From: the human T2T-CHM13v2.0 reference genome, Homo sapiens
Reading direction: 5' to 3'
Length of the DNA: 64,000 nucleotides
Assembly (NCBI GenBank): GCA_009914755.4
Contig: CP068257.2
Coordinates: 23,552,001 to 23,616,000 of the forward strand
Numbering within the stretch: position 1 is the stretch's first letter; each line of letters opens with the position of its first letter. Below the pieces are notes generated by a model. That model ran no database searches and was not told the DNA's origin. It saw only the letters and a program-made list of their open reading frames with translations. Below, in pieces: positions 56,055-64,000 of the stretch. The position numbers and the translations under genes were made by a program.

Positions 56055-56428
56055 TAATATGGTTTGGATTTGTGTCCCTGCCCAAATCTCATGGCATTTT
56101 GGAGGAGGGGCCTGGTGGGAGGTGACTGGATCATGGGGGCAGATTTCCCCCACGCTGTTCTCACGATAGCAAGTGAGTTCTCACGAGAACTGATGGTCTA
56201 AAAGTGTGTGGCACTTCCCCATCACTCTTTCTCTCCCTCCTGCCACCACGTGAAGGGGGTCAGTGCTTACCCTATGCCTTCCGCCAGGATTGTAAGTTTC
56301 CTGAGATCTCCCAGTCATGCTTCCTGTTCAGACTGCAGAACAATTAGTGAGTCAGCTGAACCTCTTTTCTTCCCAAATTACCCAGGCTCAGGTAGTTCTT
56401 TATAGCAGTGTGAGAATGAACGAATACA
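56055..56428 (+). mobile_element. THE1/MST-type MaLR LTR, + orientation (ERVL-MaLR internal-like sequence may follow to ~57.2 kb)
   Basis: TAATATGGTTTGGATTTGTGTCCCTGCCCAAATCTCATGGCATTTTGGAGGAGGGGCCTGGTGGGAGGTGACTGGATCATGGGGGCAGATTTCCCCCACGCTGTTCTCACGATAGCAAGTGAGTTCTCACGAGAACTGATGGTC...AAATTACCCAGGCTCAGGTAGTTCTTTATAGCAGTGTGAGAATGAACGAATACA. Confidence 0.8.
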
Positions 56429-58984
56429 ATCTGGTCCTTCATACAATAACAAGCATGCTTACAATGTGCCCTCAAAGAGCACCCAGTCACTTACTCCTCC
56501 AGGTAATCACCATCACTGAACATCTTCATTTAATTTATAGCAAAAGCTTCTCCCTTCCTTCATCCTGAGGTTTTCTCTGGCTTGAAAGATTCTGTTGGAG
56601 CAGGTGCAGGTGAGCATCCTCTCCTTCCCTACTTTGCTTTTCTTCTCAACTTCCTCCTCCATTCACCAGCTTAGGTTCTACCCCATGCAGGGTCAGGCCA
56701 AGAAGTGAGAGATCAAAAGAGATTGGATTTGATTTGGGGAAACAAATGCTGTCATGATCTGTGAGGGTGTCTTCTGGGTAAGGCAGGCACCCAGCTTTGA
56801 ATCTTTCTTTCTGAAGTGCTGGGTGAATTTTTCAGATTCTCCCTCTGGGAAAAATTCTCCCACTAGGAGCAATTTGAGAGATCTACTGCTCCCTCCACTG
56901 GCTTCTTTCTGCTTCAGTTTGCTACCTTCTCTTCCATGCAATCTGCTTGGAGAATCCCTCTGTGTGAACACCGAAAAGACAGATGTTTGTTTCACCATGA
57001 GTTGAACTCATCTCTAATAGAAAGCAACCTGTCTCTTTCTCTTTCCTCTGTCTCTGGCAGATCTGGACTCACCTTCCATTGCAGCCCTCAGACTGTCCAA
57101 ACCTGGGTGAGACAAACTCCCTGACTTTCCTAGTGATTTTCTTCTTCTTCACCTCTCCTTGGGCTATGTTAAATATCTCTTCTCGTTACCCATGTTGTAG
57201 GGAAAGGAGAGAGGCCACAGTAGGCAGGGGGCAAAGAGCATTTCAATAACTATGAATAATTCTATTATTAAAGACACCTTGTAATGCTAATGACTTATAA
57301 CCCTAACACTAGCAGAAACAGTTTTACCATTTCTTACCATATTCCAGCCAAGTATACTGGTCTCGCTTTATGAAAAGTGAGTGCTCTGCATTTACTGTAT
57401 TGTTCATGTCTTTGGGTTCTAGAGGCACTGAGACACTAAGAATCTCATTTTAACAATATAATGTGTACCACAACCTAGTTCTTTCCAGCAACCCTCTCTG
57501 CTTGTTAGTTTGCTATACAACTCTAGGTTCTGACATCTCTGCTCCCATGCCCTTTCCTTCACTTGGAATAGAGAGCACAAAGGTAGGATTTTTTTTCTTT
57601 TTAGTTCTGATGTATTCCTTGTATCTGGACCAACACTTACTATACTCACAGTGACTGAATATAAATTGACTTCCTCAAAGAAAAGAAGGGGGCTTCACTC
57701 AATTGTCTTTTAGTTAATCTTGTTCTAACCTCTGACTCATGTCTCCTACATTCTGATTGATGGTCTCAAACATCTGGTTGGAGAGGTCAAAAATGCATTA
57801 ATAGGCTCAGTCTTCTAAGACCCTCTTTAGAAATTATGGAGGAAAAGATTTCTACCCAAGCACAGCTTTGCAGGATTGGAAATGATGCCTTCATTACCAA
57901 GTTATCTATTATGAGCTATCCTCAAGTAGGACTCACCAGTCATACTTTAGAACTGAATGATACTATAAGACATTAAAAATATTACTTCTTTTCAATAGGC
58001 TTCTTAACTAGATTAAGAAATGAGCTAACACATCATGTAGTTGGTAGCCTCACAGAAGGTCTCCAGTAATCCTTGCTTCCTGATATTCATGCCTTTCCCT
58101 GTGTAATGTGGGTGGACCCAGTGACCCTCCAAAGAATCGGTTTTGACAAAGTAAAGGGCTGTCACTTCTAATATTAGATTACAAAAAGTATGGGGCTTCC
58201 ATCTTGGGTTCTATTTCTCACTCTCCTTCTGGTCCACTCTTAGGGAAGCCACCTTCCACTTAGTGAGCTGCTCTATGGAGAGGCCCACTTGTTAGGAAAT
58301 TAAGGGTGGCCTGAGCTAAGAGTGAGCAAGAGACCCTGACTGAGAGTTACTAAGCTAAGCCACAGCTTGATCCCTGACCCACAGAAAATGTGACCCAGTA
58401 GATGCTGTTTTAAGCTGTAACATTTGGAGTTAGTTTGCTATGTAGCAGTAAAAAATAATAAACACGCAGAAATACATAAATAATGATGCATGCGTTTTGC
58501 TTAGATAGTAAAACATATACATTTCCTTCCTAATTTATTGATTTGTATTTTTAAATAAGTGATCAAACCGAAAGGATTTTATATCTAATTTTCAGTCCAA
58601 GGGAAACTTGCTATAAACAGAACACCTTGTTAAATGAGTATTTTATATAACAAATTGTTTAATCAGGAGAGGATTCGAAATATTAAATCCTTATACATAC
58701 CTAGTGCTCTATAGTCTCTAAAGGTCATTCACATGTAGTATTTCTCTAAACCTTTTATAGCCTTGTAATGCAGATATTAATTTTATTTACAGGTGAAAAT
58801 AAAACTCAAAAATTGTGATCTCATGCATACACAATTCACACATTTTTCCCTTAGAACACCTTAAGCCCTGTCTTTATCCAACAAACTCTTCCTCATGCTT
58901 CAAAATCCAGTTTTACTCTATCTTCCTCTTAATTCATCTCCTGACTCCCATTGCTATAAAAAGAATGTTCATGGCACCCTAAAA

Positions 58985-59335
58985 TTCATATGTTGAAACC
59001 CTAACCTGCAATATGGTGGTATTAGGAGGTAGGGCCCCTGGAAAGTGATTAGGATTAGATGAGCTAAAGAGGATGAACCTTTCATGAATGGGATTAGTGC
59101 CCTTATGAGAGTCCTTAGAGAGCTTGCCTCTTTCTACTCTCCTCCATGTGAGGATACAATGAGAAGTCAGCCATCTACAACTGGGAAGAGAGCCCTCACC
59201 AGAAAAGGACCATGCTGGCATTCTGGTCTTGAACTTCCAGCCTCCAAAACCCTGAGAAATAAATTTCTGTTGTTATGAGCTACACAATTTATAGTATTTT
59301 GTTATAACAGCCCAAACTGACGCCCTGCAGAGTTC
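58985..59335 (+). mobile_element. MaLR (MST/MLT1-like) LTR, + orientation
   Basis: ..CCTAACCTGCAATATGGTGGTATTAGGAGGTAGGGCCCCTGGAAAGTGATTAGGATTAGATGAGC...CATGTGAGGATACAATGAGAAGTCAGCCATCTACAACTGGGAAGAGAGCCCTCACCAGAAAAGGACCATGCTGGCATTCTGGTCTTGAACTTCCAGCCTCCAAAACCCTGAGAAATAAATTTCTGTTGTTATGAGCTACACAATTTATAGTATTTTGTTATAACAGCCCAAACTGAC. This is the canonical MaLR LTR 3' half. Confidence 0.75.
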
Positions 59336-59592
59336 ATGTCTCCCATCATTTGCATGTACATATTTTTCTTCAGCTTTCACAGTCTCACAATTCCTCTTCC
59401 ATGGTGGAAACTTCTTTACTGGCTGAAAGCTTCTCTTAGGCAGGAGCTACGCAATATTCTTTTTCATACCCTCAATACATTACAATACCTGAGATAGCAA
59501 GTGCTTAGTAAATGAGTCTTACATTATTGAATAAAGCATTAAATTTGGCATTTTTAATGGAGTGGTATTGCTTCCAAGGGGACAAGAATTGA

Positions 59593-59946
<354 letters not shown>

Positions 59947-61977
59947 CAACATACACAATATACAACTATGAATGTCTTACAGTCCATAAGTAGGTATACA
60001 GTACGATCAAAATTTTAATGACATTTAGCTAATTAGGAAAAACATCTAGAAAGACTACTTCTTAGAAGAGCAACAATGAAAAAAGTTGAAAAATACTGTA
60101 TTAAATGAACCATGTAAATTCAGGAGGTAGGACTCGAACACAGATTTTTCTGATTGAGCTAGATGTCATTTCCTTTATGCCATCATCTCTTCAGCAATTA
60201 AAAGAAAAAAGAGAAAAAATTTACAAACATGTCTTCTCTGAAAACAAAGATAATTCAGAAGCTATTTTATATGAAGATATTTCCTTGTGTTTTATTTTGT
60301 CTTTTGTTTTCCTCGACCACTCAAAATTTGCTAAGCTTTTATACATACACATACACACGCACTATACATACAGCTTATTTAGATGAACCCTAATGATATG
60401 GCTAATCCACTTTACATGATGAGCAAGCCAATATAAAGTTTATCCTTATTTGTATTTAATCATTTAATTTGAAACACAATCATATGGGCCAGGCTTTGCA
60501 GATGCCTTTCTTGCTATGTAGGGAGTTGACAATGGTAATTATCTGATTTGCTCCAACAAAGTTAACCTCAGCTGAGGATTTCCAGCCCATTAACAATCAC
60601 CTACAGTTTGCAGCGCAAATGGATCTCCCACTGTCAAATCGGATTAGCGCTTTCCTTGGCCTTTTTGAATCATTCCCTGACAAAAAATCAATTGGTAGAA
60701 CTGCATTACAGCTGTCTGTCATCCATTTGAATCAGCTTCATCATGACCATTTGTCAAAACTAGTGCCAAATACCTTAGAAAATTTGACAAGATAATGGTA
60801 ATGGCTGTTCAACATTCAGTGTATGGAAGATTTGTGCAGCAATCTCCATCATAAAACATCAACACTACTGAATACCTATTGTGAATTATTATATGTAAAA
60901 AGCAGAACATCAGTATTTGCTCTCTGGAATCTAAAAATGTGTGTGAACTTCAGCTAAACAATGAGGGAGAACACTTAGATCCAATTTATAGGAGCCAGAG
61001 GCAAAACGTACACAATGAATGTGCAGGTTTATGAGAATGAACATGTTTCCTTTTTAAATCTATAATCGACTTAAAAAATTTAAAAAAAACACTAATCTAT
61101 TAAAGCAATTCCCAGGCAGTGTCAAACATCCAATGAACTTTTACACTTTGTATGGCATATTGTTAATGATCGGTAAATATTTTTGACTGATTAAATCATT
61201 CTCATTAAATTGATCTGTGTTAAACAGTTTACCCTTTCCTTTGAAATCACGTCTTCCGGTTGAAAAGCTAAGAAATCAGTACTTTTTAAAAAAAATTTTA
61301 AATAAGAATTCTTGTTCTGTGACTAAATAAAAGTGTGGGGATTTAAGAAAGAAAAGTGAAAATCAATGCTAAGTTTTTCAGAATTGTAGCCTTATGCAAG
61401 AATGTACAACTCACTGTCCCCTATTCACAGTAAGGCCCAGTTTACTAACATCGATTACTTAGTTTTCCCTCCCTTACAGTCTACTGGCAGAGAAGCAAGC
61501 AGGTTCAAATACACACTCTGTGTTAGGGATAGTATAAGATTTCCAGAATATTAACCAACATGTTTTTGGTGGTGTTGTTTTTCCCCCTAAAATGGCTTTT
61601 ATCCCACATCCCTTCCTCCTTGTCCAGGCTGCTCTTGTCTCAGGGAAAGCATGACATAGCAAGAGAAAGAAACATGCCTGCCCTTGCTTTAAAATGTACA
61701 AAGTCCCTCTTCTGGAATAAATCAAAGGGACTCCTGTGTAGGAAAATACATGCAAGTGGGAAAATATGTGAGAATGTGAGGGAGAGATTCTGAATTCAAA
61801 AGATGTGATAAAATTCCCAGGATAGGAGCAGAAGAAATTTAGAGGAGAAACAAAAGCTGAGTAGATGCTGTGGGTCCCCGAGTAAGGACACTTGCCCACC
61901 CGATCTTTTAATGTGAGCTTAGGGAAGAGGGGAGGCAGAAAGGGCTTAAGGTGTCTGACAGAAACTACCTGTCATAA

Positions 61978-62297
<320 letters not shown>

Positions 62298-62299
62298 CT

Positions 62300-62640
62300 A
62301 CTTGTCGTAGACTGTTTGAGTGGCAACTAAACACCATAAATGCCACCATTTCCTGGTGCCTTCTCACTGTGTCCTCATATGATGAAAGGGACAAGGCATC
62401 TCTCTGGTGCCTCTTTTATAAGGACATGAATCCCATCTATGAGGGTTTTGTCTTCATTCTCTAGTGAAAGAAATTTTTTCTTCTTTCTCTAATGGAAACC
62501 TCCCAAAGACCCCTCTCCTAATATCATCACATTGGTGATCAGGTTTCAACAAATGAATTTGGGGGAGATACAAACACTCAGACCATAGCAGTATTTTTCT
62601 CGATTTGCCCTTTTTCCTGGGTAGAATTTCCAGGAAGCAA
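62300..62640 (-). mobile_element. MaLR (MST/MLT1-like) LTR fragment, - orientation
   Basis: ..CACTGTGTCCTCATATGATGAAAGGGACAAGGCATCTCTCTGGTGCCTCTTTTATAAGGACATGAATCCCATCTATGAGGG...CCCCTCTCCTAATATCATCACATTGGTGATCAGGTTTCAACAAATGAATTTGGGGGAGATACAAACACTCAGACCATAGCA. This is the reverse complement of the MaLR LTR body. Confidence 0.65.
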
Positions 62641-62865
62641 TGAAACCCCAGAGGACAAATGCCTGTGGGATGTATCAAGGCAGACAGACTGAGCAGCATC
62701 AAATAATTCCCGGTGCCTCAGCAGGAGCTGCAAAATCAATGGGTTTCCCCTGTCCCTGAGTGTAGCATGAAATGGGAAAGGACATCAGATAATGTCACAG
62801 AGGGTCCTGAAGTCCAGTGTAGGGCAAGGGAGTAGTAGAATGATCTCAAACTGTCAAGAAGTCCA

Positions 62866-63165
62866 GGCTGGGCATGGTGGCTCACGCCTGTAATCCCAGT
62901 ACTTTGGGAGGCCGAGGCAGGCAGATCACGAGGTTAGGAGATCGAGACCATCCTGGCTAACAGGGTGAAACCCTGTCTCTACTAAAAATACAAAAACTTA
63001 GCCAGGCGTGGTGGCGGGTGCCTGTAGTCCCAGCTATTCGGGAGGCTGAGGCAAGAGAATGGGGTGAACCCGTGGGGCGGAGCTTGCAGTGAGCCGAGGT
63101 AGCGCCACTATACTCCAGCCTGGGTGACAGAGCAAGACACCGTCTCAAAAAAAAAAAAAAAAAAT
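62866..63165 (+). mobile_element. AluY-like SINE with an A18 tail and an 8-10 bp target-site duplication, + orientation
   Basis: GGCTGGGCATGGTGGCTCACGCCTGTAATCCCAGTACTTTGGGAGGCCGAGGCAGGCAGATCACGAGGTTAGGAGATCGAGACCATCCTGGCTAACAGGGTGAAACCC...GGGCGGAGCTTGCAGTGAGCCGAGGTAGCGCCACTATACTCCAGCCTGGGTGACAGAGCAAGACACCGTCTC plus A18. GGAGCTTGCAGTGAGCCGAG is diagnostic of AluY. TSD: 5' ..GAAGTCCAG|GCTGGG, 3' ..AAATAAGTCCAGAAACACC. Confidence 0.93.
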
Positions 63166-64000
63166 AAGTCCAGAAACACCTTACAGATAGAAAAGCAAAA
63201 GAACACAGTAGTAATCTTAACAGACCAAAATTTGTAATCAGTTCATAATTCAAAGGACAGGTGATGACAGAGGACAGGAAATGCCATCTGCACCCCTTGT
63301 CTGACCTCAACACTCATCCTTGACAATCACCAACCTATAGTTTTATTTCACAAGAATTTTCACAATGATTTCACAATCTTTCCTTTCCTTTTTTTTTTTT
63401 TTAATAAGAGTAGACCTATGGGTAAAGAATGGGCTCTCTCTTCTCTCATTCATTCTCCGATGTAAAGGAACAACATCAGATCCAACTGATCTCATTCATA
63501 ACAAATGTTCTAAGCTTTCATGCAAATAACTACCATCCTGTCCTTTATTTATCAACTTTTTCCTGAACTGCAGGTACTGGACAGTTACTCAAAAAGGGAA
63601 AATATAAGAAAAAGTAGAGTTAAGACTGGGCAATGCTTTTTAGGCATGCTTTACCTCCATAACAAAGATTATAACAAAAGTGAAGAATGAGAACATAGAT
63701 TTTGTTTTGAAAATTTTCAATAGTTTATGCAAATTTCCAAAGGAAAAAAAATTTAATGTAACCATCTTAGGAAAGGTCATTCTGCCTAATAGGGGAAAAA
63801 AATGTATATGTGACTTGAGCTGTCTGTTAAACAGAAACATAAAGTTGTCTGTTAAACATAAACAGGGAGGAAACGTATGTTACTGTTAAACATAATTTTT
63901 TGTTTATTTGTGATAGAAGTAATAATAATTTACTAAGCATTATTAAAATTTAAGAAGAAATGAGTTTGTTCTGGGTTATGAAAAACAGAACTCAGAAAGA

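Noticed and set aside
61474-61899. The longest ORF in the window (141 aa, minus strand)
   Set aside because: The peptide is low-complexity and not protein-like (serine/phenylalanine-rich with no recognisable domain). It has no start context or splice support. One or two ORFs of this length are expected by chance in 64 kb across six frames. I have no evidence to call it a CDS.

Overview
This window reads as primate, almost certainly human, nuclear DNA, not a prokaryotic or viral locus. It is AT-rich (roughly 36-40% GC by eye), CpG-depleted, and made up largely of interspersed repeats, with no gene that I can support.

Repeats found:
- At least 14 Alu SINEs in both orientations. Several have poly-A tails, and two have identifiable target-site duplications.
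- At least 9 LINE-1 segments. One is a nearly full-length but decayed ~6 kb L1 at ~41.1-47.1 kb that appears nested inside an older antisense L1.
- At least 9 LTR fragments of the ERVL/MaLR class. The THE1/MST-type 'TGATATGGTTTGG...ACTAATACA' LTRs and one MLT2-like LTR are recognisable; for others the family name is uncertain.
- MIR/L2-era fragments and many microsatellites: (CA)n, (GT)n, a compound (TA)n(TG)n, and a (TCTA)n on an Alu tail.

Coding potential: none of the supplied six-frame ORFs exceeds 141 aa. The longer ones are read-throughs of Alu or L1 sequence or chance ORFs. I cannot support any protein-coding exon, CRISPR array, operon or defence-system-like gene cluster from the sequence alone.

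Most interesting item: an ~89-nt 5S-rRNA-derived retropseudogene at 7977-8065. It has CpG-decay substitutions and perfect 16-bp flanking direct repeats.

Other points worth a second look: the nested L1 arrangement; a duplicated ~105-bp segment embedded in an MLT2-like LTR; two likely polymorphic STRs; and three short CpG-retaining unique segments that could be conserved non-coding elements.

All coordinates are approximate (about +/-10 bp). Repeat family names are from memory of consensus sequences, not from a database search. I found no evidence of a novel biological system, and I think the honest conclusion is that this is an ordinary repeat-rich intergenic or intronic region.
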